A DNA stretch of 64,000 nucleotides from Ruditapes philippinarum (Eukaryota). This document shows, in pieces, positions 32,658 through 45,655 of the stretch; within the stretch, counting starts at the first letter, position 1, and every line of letters begins with the position of its first letter. Made by a program: the position numbers and the translations under genes. The stretch covers positions 1-64,000 of the forward strand of contig NW_026851649.1 of assembly GCF_026571515.1 (NCBI RefSeq), in the 5' to 3' direction. Below the pieces are notes generated by a model that did not search any database, was not told the origin of the DNA, and worked only from the letters and a program-made list of their open reading frames with translations.

Positions 32658-34517
32658 TTAATATTGTTTTTCAGTTCTCCAAAAAAACACTGTTTCTAAA
32701 TTATATGAGAAAACAATATTGATTGATAAAAGAAAAGAATGTAATTTTGACCATAAATTTTGTACAATAGTACATTCCCAAAAAAGATGGTAAAGCGTTT
32801 CTAAATTGCTACCACAAAAATCACATAGATTTGAATTACAAAGGCTATACTTAAATAACATTGTATTAGTTGGAATAAGTCTATGAATAAATTTGTATTG
32901 AAAATTTCTCAATGACACGTCTGTAGTACTTTTAAATGGAACCATATATATTTTTTGCCAATCCAACTCAGTTTCTATTTCTTTTTCCCATTTCTCTTCA
33001 TTTGTATTTTTGAACCTTTCATCATTTTCAAGTTGAATATTATATAAAAGCTTATTTGTAGATTTTGATTTTTTAACTTTATTTAGGAGTGTATCTTGTA
33101 CTTTGTTATAATTTCTTGTAGATTTCAGACTATTAAGATATCCTTTTGGTATATTATTCACAAGCGTGTAATATTTTAAAAACTCAGCATTTTCCATACC
33201 ATAGATATTTTTAAGGTCTTCAAATTTGTAGAGTTCATTTTTCCTATAATCATATAGATGTTCTAAATATAGAATACCTTTTTGATGCCATGTTTTATAG
33301 TACACCAATTTATTATCAATTTTAATATTCGAATTATTCCATATTATTTGTTTAAGGTTATCTTTTTTATTATTGTGTTCTTGTTGAATATGAAACCATG
33401 ACGAAAGCACATTGTTTACAAATGAATTATGAGGAAAAAGCTTATTGATATCTGATTTCGAAAGATTACAGTCAAATATAAGGTCATTTCCATATTGTTT
33501 TATCTTTTGATTTATAAAAAGTTTCCATAATCCTTTATTGTCCTCATTTATATATCGTTTGACCCAATTTGCCTTTACTGCATTTAAAAAATTATTAATA
33601 TCGATCATTTTTAAACCACCATTTTTAACATTAAGTTTTAATGTTTTACGTTTGATTTTTTCTGGCTTGCCATCCCAAAGAAACAAAAACATTGCTTTAA
33701 TTATTTCTTTTATCTTATTACTTGATGGGTTTTCTAAAACTGAAAATGGATACAACAGTTTAGGTAAGGCAAATGTTTTTATTACCATCACTTTACCCAT
33801 AAGGGTCAGTTTTCTGTGTTGCCATTGTTTTAAGCAAATAAAAAAGTTTCTTAGTTTTGGTTCTAAATTTATATCTGTATTTATTTTGTAATTAGACGAG
33901 AAAAGAATACCTAGAGTTTTTGCTGAATCAGATGTCCAATTGAATTTTTTATATTTACAATGTTCTATATCACTTTTTGTGAGCGATCCCACTCGTAGAA
34001 CTGTGGATTTTTTTGTATTAAGTTTTAAACCAGAGATTTTGCTAAATTCCGTTATGACATATACAAGTTTTTCAAAAGACTTCACTGATCCATCATTAAC
34101 AAATGTTGCATCATCTGCAAAAAAGGATTGCTTTATTGTTTTGTTCGCGATTTCTATTCCTTTAATTTCACTATCTTTTTCTATGAAATTTGATAATATT
34201 TCTATACATAAAATAAATAATGAAGATGATAATGGACATCCCTGACGTACTCCCCTTTCTATATTAAAAGACTCTGAAAAATGTCCATTATTGATAACTA
34301 TACTTGATATATCAGTATAAAAGATTTTAACCCATTTTATAAGATCTTTGCCAAAATTAAATTTATTCAGTGTATCAAATATAAATTGATGGCTTAGACT
34401 GTCGAATGCTTTTTCATAATCAGCAAAGAATAATAAACCCGGTTTATTTTCTTTCTGCAGATGTTCAATAATTTCAAAAATCAGCCTTACATTTTCACCA
34501 ATATATCTATTTTTCAT
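32658..34517 (-). CDS. LINE ORF segment 3: reverse transcriptase and C-terminal domain (619 aa open)
   Basis: GENVRLIFEI...YEKAFDSLSHQF...FADDATFVNDGS... Confidence 0.85.
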   Translation of the reverse strand: MKNRYIGENVRLIFEIIEHLQKENKPGLLFFADYEKAFDSLSHQFIFDTLNKFNFGKDLIKWVKIFYTDISSIVINNGHFSESFNIERGVRQGCPLSSSLFILCIEILSNFIEKDSEIKGIEIANKTIKQSFFADDATFVNDGSVKSFEKLVYVITEFSKISGLKLNTKKSTVLRVGSLTKSDIEHCKYKKFNWTSDSAKTLGILFSSNYKINTDINLEPKLRNFFICLKQWQHRKLTLMGKVMVIKTFALPKLLYPFSVLENPSSNKIKEIIKAMFLFLWDGKPEKIKRKTLKLNVKNGGLKMIDINNFLNAVKANWVKRYINEDNKGLWKLFINQKIKQYGNDLIFDCNLSKSDINKLFPHNSFVNNVLSSWFHIQQEHNNKKDNLKQIIWNNSNIKIDNKLVYYKTWHQKGILYLEHLYDYRKNELYKFEDLKNIYGMENAEFLKYYTLVNNIPKGYLNSLKSTRNYNKVQDTLLNKVKKSKSTNKLLYNIQLENDERFKNTNEEKWEKEIETELDWQKIYMVPFKSTTDVSLRNFQYKFIHRLIPTNTMLFKYSLCNSNLCDFCGSNLETLYHLFWECTIVQNLWSKLHSFLLSINIVFSYNLETVFFWRTEKQY

Positions 34518-34530
34518 AAAACCAGTTTGA

Positions 34531-35883
34531 TTAAAACTTATTATAGACGGCAGAACTTTTTTTTATTCTATTTGAAATTGTTTTTGTTGCAAGTTTATAA
34601 TCAACATTGAGCAAGCTTATTGGTCTCCAATTTGAAATATCTGTAAGATCTTTATCCGGTTTAGGAATAAGGGATATTATTCCTTGTCTTTGAAGTGTTG
34701 TTAATTTTGAAGTATCAAAAGAGTAATTAATGGAAGCTAGATAATAGTCTTTTATGCTATTCCAAAATAATTTATAGAATTCAACTGTTAAACCATCAGA
34801 TCCTGGACTTTTATTATTTTTCATTTCTGATAAAGCTATTTTACATTCATATTCATTAATTTTCCCTTCACATGTGATCTTTTCTTCTTCATTTAATAAT
34901 TTTATATCTGTATCAAAAAAATTAATATTTGAGTTTTGAGAAGTTCTATATCTATACAAACATTCATAAAAGGATTTTTCTTCTTTTAATATTTCTTTTA
35001 TTTCTGTTATTTCTTTATTTTCTACTTTTAATTTATGTATAACTTTTTTCTCGGCTTGTCTTTTTTCTAAGTTTGCAAAATATTTACTATTTTTTTCGTT
35101 ATGTTCTACATGAATAGCTCTTGCTCTTAAAATTGAGCCATTTACACGATATTCATAAATTTCATCAAGTTTTTGTTTTTTTAATAAAATTTCATTTTTT
35201 AACTTATTTTCATCTTCACTTTCTTTATAGGAATCAATTGTTAGTATTTTTTCTTCTAATTGTTTTATTTCATCGATCAAATTTAACTCTTGTTCTTTTT
35301 CTTTCTTTTTCTTAAAACTTGCATAACGTATTGTTTCATTTCTTATTGCACCTTTTATTATTTCCCACAAAGTATTTGGATTTGATGTTTTATTTATTTC
35401 TGCTGTTGTTTGAATAATTTCTTTAATTTGACTTTGATAAACTTCATCTAATAATAAAGCACTGTTCATTTTAAAGTATCCAGGTCCTTTTTGCATTGCA
35501 TTATCATTAAATGTCAAAGTAACTAGAGAATGATCTGTTTTAAAGCCATGTGAAATATTACTTTTTGAAATGATGTTTCTAAGCGAATCGGATATAAGAA
35601 AGTAATCAAGTCTACAGTATATGACTGGTTTTCCATTAGAGTGCCATGTAAATTGCCTCTTTTCAGGGTGTTTAAAACGCCAAATGTCAATTAGATTACA
35701 TGTTTCAATTATGTTTTTTATCTTATCTCTACATTTTCTACTTGTATGAAGATTTCCATTCTTTTTATCCAAAGATGTATTAATTACTGTATTGAAATCG
35801 CCACCGATTAAAATGTTCTTGTCGTCATTTTCAAGAATAAACTTTTCAAGTATATCAAAAATATATATGTTATCATCATTTGG
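34531..35883 (-). pseudogene. LINE ORF segment 2: AP-endonuclease C-part, linker and RT N-terminus (same frame as segment 1; ends at homopolymer frameshift)
   Basis: ...GGDFNTVINTSLDKKNGN...YCRLDYFLISDSL...ISNWRPISLLNVDYKLATKTISNRIKK. Confidence 0.75.
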
Positions 35884-36222
35884 TCAATAAATATTAATCA
35901 TTGTGAAATCCTTGTCATTTATTTTTACATCAATCATTATTAATTTTCCTATAATCAATTCTTTTTTATTTAAAATTTTAATATTACAATCGTTTTTAAT
36001 CAAAAATGCAACGCCTGCTTTGTTAGATTTATTTCCACTGAAAAAATGTGTGCCATTCCATTCATTTTTCAAAGGTTCATATGGATTTGTTAAGTGGGTT
36101 TCTTGTAACATATAAATAGAATATGGTTGTGAATCCAGCCAATTAAATAATTGTTTTCGTTTTTGACTATTTCCTAACCCTCTAACATTTAAAGTAATTA
36201 TTGTAGTTTCCATGAAGAGCAA
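35884..36222 (-). CDS. LINE ORF segment 1: AP-endonuclease N-terminal part (ends at in-frame TGA)
   Basis: MLFMETTIITLNVRGLGNSQKRKQLFNWLDSQPYSIYMLQETHL... Confidence 0.8.
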   Translation of the reverse strand: MLFMETTIITLNVRGLGNSQKRKQLFNWLDSQPYSIYMLQETHLTNPYEPLKNEWNGTHFFSGNKSNKAGVAFLIKNDCNIKILNKKELIIGKLIMIDVKINDKDFTMINIY

Positions 36223-36822
36223 ACCAACCTCATACTTAAAAGTATAAAACCATAATACACAAAAAACAAAACCAGCTCACCTATTAAACTGAAAAAAAAA
36301 ACAATTACGAAAACAAACTGTTGATTGTTTTTCATTTACATGTAATGTGATCCATATATTGCTAACCTCAAAAAAATATACAAAGTAGACTTTAAAAAAG
36401 TGACAGAATTATAAATGCAATTTTATTAAGCAATCAATATATGTGCTCTTTTGCTTACTCTTATTTTTTAACTTTATATAGTATGCTTTTTATTACTTCA
36501 ATATAATAAACTTCAGTAAATAATGCTTCCACAAATAAAACAAAAATATTCTTAATTGGATACATTTAAATGTAAAACTCATGTTAACTTGTTATCTATT
36601 TTATAATTATCCATAGTGTATTTTATTACTAAAATTATTAAAGTTGTTTCTTATACTTTAGAAGTATACATACAATTTCCATGTATATTAGTTTAGTATT
36701 TAACTTTTTTCTTTTTGCTCCGTGGTTTTAAATATTGTACCGCAAAATTCGAAAGTTGTATTGAGAAACAACATAAGTGAGAAAAAATAACCTTTTGAAT
36801 GTGTTCTATTAATAATAGAAAA

Positions 36823-36925
<103 letters not shown>

Positions 36926-37564
36926 CAACAACAACAACAAAAAACACACAAAATACAATCTCTTGCTTATATGCCTTTTAAAGAAAAATGAAAAGTCGAA
37001 AAGAATATAAAATACATACGACATGGATTGTAAAACTAATGGTATTGTTTTTCTATCTATGTCACTTATTTTTCATAAAAAAATCTGAAAAGATTAAAAA
37101 TTATAGTATCAAATATTTTATCATCAATATTAAATACGATAAAGTAACAATTTAACCTTTTGAAAAGTTAGAGTAAAAAACTAACCTTATTATAAAATTT
37201 TTTTGCTGCTACAGTTATACCAGTAATTATTATTAACATTTTAATTTATTACCTGATACCTTATATAAATGTAATTTGTTATTATTTACTGTTTTCTGAA
37301 ATTCTAAAAACGTCAACGTTCGCGAACTGTTGACCGGTCAATAGTTTCGACTGTTTCCCTCGCGTGCTCTGAAGTCATTGACGTCATATCATAGAGGATT
37401 CCCACTTGAAGAGTCCATCGATCTTGATCATAAACCAGACGTGACGTGACATAGTTAAAATATTAAGTTTAATTATTAACATAATATTATGTGCAAAACT
37501 ATTTTCTTGTTCCTTTTTTTCTTCTACAACTACTGTTAAAACAGTAGTTGATCAGGTAATAAAA

Positions 37565-37738
37565 CAGTTATTTCATGCTTGATTTGGGAACAGTCAAACA
37601 ATTGTCCTTCGGTGTCGGGGATAGTGTTTTGAACTGTTGCCCTCGGCCTACGGCCTTGGGCAACAGTTCAAAACACTATCCCCGACACCGAGGGACAATT
37701 GTTTGACTGTTCCCAAATCACATATGAAATAACTGTGT
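37565..37738. repeat. Near-perfect long hairpin (foldback element), arms ~80 bp with a 12-nt loop TCGGCCTACGGCC
   Basis: GGGAACAGTCAAACAATTGTCCTTCGGTGTCGGGGATAGTGTTTTGAACTGTTGCCC pairs with GGGCAACAGTTCAAAACACTATCCCCGACACCGAGGGACAATTGTTTGACTGTTCCC with one mismatch. The outer extension TTATTTCATGCTTGATTT pairs with AAATCACATATGAAATAA. Confidence 0.85.
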
Positions 37739-37739
37739 A

Positions 37740-38240
37740 ATAATATCAACCATTAATCGTCTAGATTTTACCAGTTGGATAACCACACCCTTCAACAAGT
37801 ACCAGAGAGTCATAATATCCGACGACCTGAAATTGAGTACCCATATAAGCAAGATTACTAAGAAGGCAAAGTCTACTCTAGGATTTCTAAGAAGGGACCT
37901 GGAATACGGTCCTGAATCTTGTTGCAAAACAGCATTCCTGTCTCTGATACGCTCTACCCTGGAATATATTTCGATCGTCTGGAATCCATATCTCCAGAGA
38001 GACATTGACTAGCTTGAGAAGGCCCAGAAACAGTCCGCTAGGTTTATTACAGTCGACTTTACCACCAGGTCCCAGTGTGCATCCCACAAATGCTTTGTGA
38101 AACTACAGGTCTCCATTCAAGGACCGAAGGAAAGCAAACAGACTGACGATGTTTTATAAGGTGGTTGGGGGCTTATTTCAGCCCTGCCTTTCCAAGACTA
38201 CTTAATTGACGCCTGTCCGAGTAAACATACGAAGAGTGAA
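37740..38240 (+). mobile_element. CR1/L2-like LINE 3' fragment (RT C-terminal domain), frameshifted
   Basis: Plus-strand translation ...GFLRRDLEYGPESCCKTAFLSLIRSTLEYISIVWNPYLQRDI...LEKAQKQSARFITVDFTTRS... This matches the conserved CR1 tail R.TLEYCS.VW.P....DI..LE.VQRRA.R.I. Confidence 0.6.
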
Positions 38241-38870
38241 GGCTAAGACTATTGAGAATTGTGCTAACAAAACATTAAAAAAACAGATAATAAATCACTC
38301 TAAATGCTTAAATTTAAAGCTGTGCAGTGTAAAACTCTATGTTATAATCATTTTTCCCACGAACAATTGTCGATTGAAATAAATAGAGTGATAGTGTTGC
38401 TCAAGCAAAGATAGTAGACGGCTTTAAACCAGCCTTATTACATTTGGACTAACTCCTCTCTAGCTCCCGTTGCTTATTTCCTGAAATGCAACGTACCATC
38501 CAGGTCCAGATCCAGTAGCCAGTTTATAAATATATCCTACAAGATCTCACACCCAATCTATACTCAAACCTTTCATTCATGAGCTGGTTACTTTTTAATT
38601 GCAGTGCCTCTGTTGTCATCAACTTGTGCGCATAAAGTTTAGTTTCTGATAGACATGTCTGCTGCTGTAAAATGAAAACAATGCATAGGAAAGGATATTT
38701 ACATATGTTAATTATCACTTAATGTAATTTCATACAAATTGCTATTATATACCTTTGAAATCTTAAAGCTCTTGTTATGTGAAAGTCATATGACAATCAC
38801 TTCATTAAACTAAACAGTAGCACTTTGAGATTCTTGATTAGGTTATTTATTTTAAGAAGCCGTACCGCTC

Positions 38871-41800
38871 AAGCCGGTGCTAGGGGGCGTGAGGGATGTT
38901 GCACTTATTCATTATCCCTCATGTACAGACTCATTCACACCGAGTATGCAGTTTTCATGTAATTACATGTATGTTGTGATTAATGTATCACTTTGTTTCC
39001 AGATTTTTTTACAGAAGAGGGTTGTCTTTTTCAAGGATGGAAATAGAGCTGTTTTAATTGTTGAATTTCAGTCAAGTTTCACAGAAATGTTAAATTAAGA
39101 TTAAAGTGTACATATGTGAATAATTTTTATAAAGATATAATTTTTATTTACACTAATTAAGACTTCTTGAATGCTTAGAGGTTTAAAGGTTTGAGAACTG
39201 GTTTGTACACGATATACATGTATATTGCGCGTGATAAGTAACATGTCTATATTTATCTTTGTTGCATTTTTGTGTTTTATATGCATGTTGATATATGTGA
39301 CAATATTGTATGTGTTTATGTATGTTTCCCTGAATAAATCAATATGACAAGCGCTGAGCAAGATTCAGGGCCTGGCCCTGAGTTTCTGTGTTTAACACGT
39401 TTTGTTCTTAGGCGGAATCTGCCGCTCGGGTAACTTTGAACGTGGCGCGAGATCAGCGCGTATGTAACAATCTGCCGATATTCTGACTGAGCCGATGGGA
39501 GTGGCCCTGGAAAGTAGACAGTGACGCCGAGAATAAATACTTAATTTGATGCATGAGCCCTAGCGCGTAGTGGGGCAATTTGCTCTTTTCAAATAATACA
39601 CATTGAAAACAACGATCTGTAAAATATATTTCAGGTAGGATTCGAAATTAAACCTATGATTAAAATCCACACTAGCTTCCGTTGTTAATAGAAATCCCGC
39701 CAAGAAAATATTGTCTTATAGGAAATCTATCTGTCATGGAGTTTAATCTCTCTAAACGCTAAGCCAAAAACACAAACATATCTTACATGGACGCAATCTT
39801 GACTCTCATTCATCATGTTCATCGGCCAAAACCTTGGACTCGACATCTAATACATGATTTATTGTCATCGAGTGGTATGAAAATAAATATTTCATGAGTG
39901 GCGGTAGCCACGAGTGAAATATGGTAATTTTCATGCCACAAGATGAAAATAAATCATGTAATTATAGAAAAACTTGAATTTTCTGTTTATTATATACATT
40001 TTTCACTTTTTTTGGGATAATATTTGAAAGACTTTCCCTTAAATTTTCTGTACTGGCAGCATTTAAAAGAAAGTAGTCCGGCAAGACACCAGTGAAAATA
40101 CGGAAAATATGTTTCACTGCAGTGAAAAATAATTTTTACAGTGAAAATACGGAAAATGAAAATACGCATTTTATTTCATCAATATTTCTCAATATTTCAT
40201 TTATAAGTATATAATAAAACACTTGTATTCGATAGATTGACAGAACACAGGCGGATTTGAGCTACTTTATATCACCTTAATATTATATATGATATAGAGA
40301 GCATTGAGCGAATCTCAAAAACAAAACTTGTAATTTATAGTAATTGAACATACATTTTGATAGGACTATTATACTTATCATGTTTTTATGCAGTTCTACA
40401 TCAACTTAAACCTAGTTTTAACTCCAGTCAGACAATTCATATACTATAGTCTGTCCCATCAAATTTGAACATTCCATTTTTTATTTAATATAATAGTAAA
40501 ATCATTTAAAAATAATGTCATGTTAACCCTGACGTCAATATCTCTAGGCATGTTTTTCATTTTTTCCATAAAATTATATTTTTTCCCGTTGACTTACGTT
40601 GTAACCTGACGTGACGTCCATTTCAAAATGGCGGCGCCCATACAGACGTCATTTAGGGTTCGTCTCACAATTAGCGTGAACTGTACTCGGTTATTATAAA
40701 AAATTGATTATTCTTATTTACTTACTGATCAATAGCTAAATGTTATCATTGAAATGAAAAATGAGAACAAAGTTGGTGTCAAAAAGGCAATTTTAATAAA
40801 ATAATCAATTTAAAACACTTTGAAGTGAAATATCAGTAGAGTCTAACCGCTTTTTAAATTATAACACACAAAGATTTATATAATCATATAATTACCATGA
40901 TATACTGTCGTATTTTATATCATTAAGAGAAGTGATTTGATTAGATAGCGTTTCAATCAAGCGAATACCGCAACGCGTCGTAGGGGAACGGGAACACTAA
41001 CTAGAAGACTAAAAAACTAGTTCTTCGCTGATTAATGTTTAATTTAAATAATTCTGTAGTTGTCTGAAAACTGTCTATTAGTATGTATCACGTCTATTTA
41101 AAAATAATTAAATTAACCAGGACTGATGGGATTCAAAAATTTGTTACCCTTCTTATTTTTTATAGACTTTCTCCAGAGCAATAACCAAAAATAATACACA
41201 AATTATTAAAAAATAATGTTCTTAAAAATAAAGTTAAGTAATAAAATATCAGACAAAATATTATTTTCGATCTTAATCGTCTCTCCATTTTCGATACATC
41301 AAACCATTATATTAATTATCACTTATCTATTTTTTTCATATAAAAGTTATTATGCTGTACAGTACGTTACAACCTAAACTTTATCTTTATCTTATCAATA
41401 AGAAAGCCATCATGTATGATTGCATGGATTAGTTCGAAATCAGCAACAGAATTACTCTTTAGATGAAAACACCTCCAATCCAAAATAACATTTTTGTTTG
41501 TTTTATAAAAAATGAAAAACAAGATATCAAGTTAAGTCTTAAAAAGAATATCAGATGATAATGTTTGGAAAATTTGAGGTCCTTAAGTATGCCAATAGGC
41601 CAAGTTAAATAAAGCACTGTCCCATACTTCACAAACAGTTGAACAAGCTTAGACCATTAAAGCAAATACAGGCTTTTTTTCTTCGCAACCCCACGATACA
41701 TATTCTTTTGAATATGGACGATACAAACAAATACAATCATTGGAGTCAAGCCCCCCCCCCCCAAACTTGGCACAAACATTCACTGGACCATAGCCTCTGT

Positions 41801-42889
41801 AACAGCATGCTTAATCTTAAATTTCCTGTTACCATGGCAACGGGGGACATCTCAAAATTGCCAAAATCACTATTTTGCATTGTTTTTTCCATCAAAACTG
41901 TTTTCAAAGTTTTGCAACTTCTCAATGGATTGAGATAGAGTAAAAGGCTTATCAGTGTTGGTGACACGTTACCTTACGATCGACCTAAGGCCATTTTTAG
42001 CCTGTCACATGTCCTAAATTTTCAGGGAAATGAGAGGGGCTGCCGCCCCCTTCAAATCCCCGAAACTGAAGGGGGGTACATTCCCCTTCTGGCAACCCCT
42101 TGATGTACATTTTAAATAGTGGGCGCCGCCGAAAAAGTGATCCCTTTTTTATCAACATTTCTCAAACTAAAAACAGTGTTTGGGGCCTAACTAGAGCATA
42201 TTTACACTGTTTGATTCCTGAAAGGAGGGGGGGGGGGGCGAAAAGTCATCAAAACACGTCTATATGAGATTAAGAGGTTTATTGGTAATGTTGTTTATAT
42301 TCATATAAAAGTATGTTTTCAAATGAATAAAGAATTAAAGTTAAAAAAATACGTAACATTTTTTAAATCAGGTTATACTATTTATTAACATTTTTACTAA
42401 ATACTTTACTTAATCTTAATATATGTAATATTACATGTAGCTTGTCATGTGGTTCAGTACTATCCCTTTACATAAAAAGTCATATGAGTGTGTGGATTAG
42501 TTGGAAATCAGTAACGTATTTATCTGTTTTACAAAGAAAGCGAAATTTGATGAAGATAATGAATTTCGATTATTAAAGGTGTTCATCTAATAAAAAGGGG
42601 CTTGAATGAAGTTTTGGCCTCCATTACTCCGTTATCTCTGTTTAACAAACTCAATGAAACCGAATTTTGCAGCTTTAAACTACTTGCTTTTGCTTTTATT
42701 GCTCTTAAAGGATCTGCCCTTTCCAGAATTTTATTTATATTGGAGTTCTACTATAATAGAGAAAATCAGAATCCCTAAAGAAAGGCCAACACAGCAAAAT
42801 AGAAAATGTTGCAGGTTCGGTTTGATTGAGACTGTACATGCACGGTACTGGAAAGTGCATGTTACCGTCCACGCCCCTAGCACCGGCTT
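38871..42889. mobile_element. 4.0-kb element bounded by ~75-bp terminal inverted repeats, no transposase ORF (non-autonomous DNA transposon candidate)
   Basis: Left end AAGCCGGTGCTAGGGGGCGTGAGGGATGTTGCACTTATTCATTATCCCTCATGTACAGACTCATTCACACCGAG. The reverse complement of 42806-42889 reads AAGCCGGTGCTAGGGGCGTGGACGGTAACATGCACTTTCCAGTACCGTGCATGTACAGTCTCAATCAAACCG. No clear TSD is visible. Confidence 0.5.
42290..42590. repeat. Left unit of a ~1.8-kb tandem segmental duplication (partner at 44078-44385)
   Basis: About 300 bp at ~90% identity (TTGTTTATATTCATATAAAAG(T/C)ATGTTTTCAAATGAATAAAGAATTAAA...GTGTTCA). The downstream motif CTTAAAGGATCT(G/A)CCCT(T/C)TCCAGAATT is also duplicated at 42706 and 44546. 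Confidence 0.8.
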
Positions 42890-44077
42890 TAAAAGAATTC
42901 TACATTTAATAATGGTAATGATGAAATTTAAAATTTAGAAACCTCCGCAGATGTGTACATACGGTGGTTATTATGGAACCTTCAATATGTCACGGTACTG
43001 CAATGTCATGAAAAGCGGCGTATGGCCCCCAAGTAAAGGAATGCGTGTGCTGTAAGCGAGAAATCAATTAGCGGAACTAAATAAAATAAAATTTTGGAAG
43101 GGGATCTGAGGTTATGAAACTTGCATATAACAGACAAGACTTAAAAAGACAAAACCGTCAATTAAAAGACAAAACTAAATTAATTATTCTTTTCTATGTC
43201 ATTTGTTGAGCCTTACGTCTTATGTATTATAATGTAATTTATATTTCACCGGGTATTTTCATTAATATACAAAATTGAAAAAAGGAATCAGAAAGTCTAA
43301 TTTAAAATTTGTATGTGAAATATTGAAACGAAAAGAACGCATTTGTATGTGCCAGGTACCAGTCCGAGTTGCAAACCTCATCAGTCAGTCAATCTCGTCT
43401 GAAAGATATGATCATTTATTTGGACAGCAACATCAATATTTTTCTCCATTTACTGGTCTCATTGGCCTCCCATGCATAACAAAAGTAAACATCACTTAAT
43501 CGACTTACATACATATGTAATATCATTCAATGAAATACTAAATTCAAAATTTATAGGTTACCTTTTGGCAGGTAAAATTCGGGTCGGACCTTGGATCCGT
43601 ATCTACATGACTTTATAAATGCAATTCCATATCACTTTAGTCCCAAATACATTTATGCAGTTCATATGGTATTTTATATTATTTTGTATTATTCTTTATT
43701 TTATTTGAATCTGTATTTTATCTTATTTTGTTTTATTCTTAATTTTATTCCTTATTTTTTTTGAATCTGTATTTATTTATTTTTGACACAGCAATAAAAA
43801 AATGAAGTTAATCTCCTGCCAAAAATAATGGACAAGACAACTGATAAATACGTATTAATGTAAAGCATGCATAAGGAACGGGAAAATATTGTTTAATTAT
43901 TGTTTTATAAAGTTTGCCCTCTCATAATTGTCATTCTTTCTCATATTTTATTTTGGTAGTATCTCAAAAAGCATAATATTTTAGTATTAAACCTGTGTCA
44001 AATGTGTGTGCACTTGAATTTGTAATTGCTTGTTACATAAATTTTATGAGCTCTTATTGTTTTGTTATTTGTTAATG

Positions 44078-44385
44078 CTGTTTATATTCATATAAAAGCA
44101 TGTTTTCAAATGAATAAAGAATTAAAATTGAATTAATTACGTAACATTTTTTAAATCAGGTTATACTATTTATTAATCTTTTTACTAAATACTTAACTTA
44201 ATCTTAATATACGTAATATTACATGTAGCTTGTCATTAATTTAGTTCAGTACTATCCCTTTACATAGAAAGTCATATGATTGTGGTGTGGATTAGTTGGA
44301 AATCAGTTACGTATTTATCTGTTTTACAAAGAAAGCGAAATATGACGAAGATAATTTATTTCGATTATTGAAGGTGTTCACCCAA
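44078..44385. repeat. Right unit of the tandem segmental duplication
   Basis: See 42290-42590. Confidence 0.8.
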
Positions 44386-45272
44386 TTTCGCCGCCACCGA
44401 TAGAGGGCGCTTTGACGTCATAGTAACGCTATTAATTTTAAAAATAATGCCGCAGAAGTAAAGCTTACTTATCTACATATTTTATACCAAAAATCATCAA
44501 GATCTGAGATGTTGTCAACTTTCGGTCGGAAAGAAGCGAGCTACCTTAAAGGATCTACCCTCTCCAGAATTATATTATAAAAATTCAACAGCAAAGGTCT
44601 ATAAAGGACAGAATATAATTTTATGACAAATTGATATAATCATGCCTACAAGGTAATTTACATCTGCATTGAAATTATTCAAAACATCTGACATCTGATG
44701 TCACTATAATATCTACATAACTTTATACATATCATCTGATTTACTTAATTACCTTTGACCTGTAGATAAATTAAATATTTTGAGATAACAGATATTTTAA
44801 AAACTATCATTTTAATACCTATTAGATATTGTTAGGGAATCTGCGTAGACAGTAACTTGGGCAAAGCAGAGATAAATCCGATCGAAGAAAACTAGGCAAC
44901 GACAAGGTACACGCTTTACTTGACTTTTTATTGTTGCTTTCTTTTTTCCGGACATGATCAATAATTGTTTTACCTAAATTGATTTAATTCAAGAATTATT
45001 GGATTTTAGAATTTTTAGATTTAATAAAAGTTATGGAAAACAATGTTTGGAATTCAAGCCTTCAATGTAATCAAATTCATAACAAATACAATTTTATTGT
45101 CATCTGCTAACTTGTATTAAGCAGTTTACATTTTTTATTTTATTCCTTTCATTTATTTATTATGGTGTTTATTTTTAACTTATTTTAATTATTTTTCCCA
45201 ATTACCACTTACCTTGATCAATTTCCTATTTTCTGATCAAATCATACGGACCTTTTTGTGTTGTAGGCAAAT

Positions 45273-45401
45273 ATGTTCTACAATCTAGCAAAATTGACGC
45301 TTATCACTTTAGTTTCGAACTACATCGATGCATATGAATTTAAGATTGATCTTCCAGATAGTGCGAAGTCTGAAATTGAAACATGCATTCAAAGGTCTAG
45401 A
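45273..45401 (+). CDS. Tyrosinase-like gene exon 1 (start codon, signal peptide)
   Basis: MFYNLAKLTLITLVSNYIDAYEF... has a hydrophobic N-terminal signal. Donor is TCTAGA|GTAAGT. Confidence 0.6.
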
Positions 45402-45655
45402 GTAAGTTTAACTCTATTTATCTATATTTATTTATTACAAAAAGTAGCATCAATCTGTTTTGATATTCTTAAATAAGTAATGATAAGTTAAAATACGTAC
45501 ATCTTACTTACAGTGTGAGATTGCTATGTCCATAAACAGGTATCTCCTATAATATAATCACATAAATATTATAATTATTATTTTGATAATTGTAAAGTAT
45601 TGTTCCAACAAAGTGTCTGTATCAAGTAATTATCATTTTAATTTATGATTTAAAG

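Larger units (their letters stand above)
32430..36250 (-). mobile_element. Near-intact single-ORF non-LTR retrotransposon (RTE/Proto2-like LINE: APE endonuclease + reverse transcriptase)
   Basis: A continuous minus-strand reading frame runs from 36222 to 32658. It is broken only by an in-frame TGA at 35884-35886 and a +1 frameshift in a T8 homopolymer (plus 34557-34564). APE motifs are LNVRGL, QETHL and RLDYFLIS. RT motifs are WRPISLLNVDYKL, FADDATFVNDGS and RIKKVLPSIISFNQTGFM. Confidence 0.85.
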
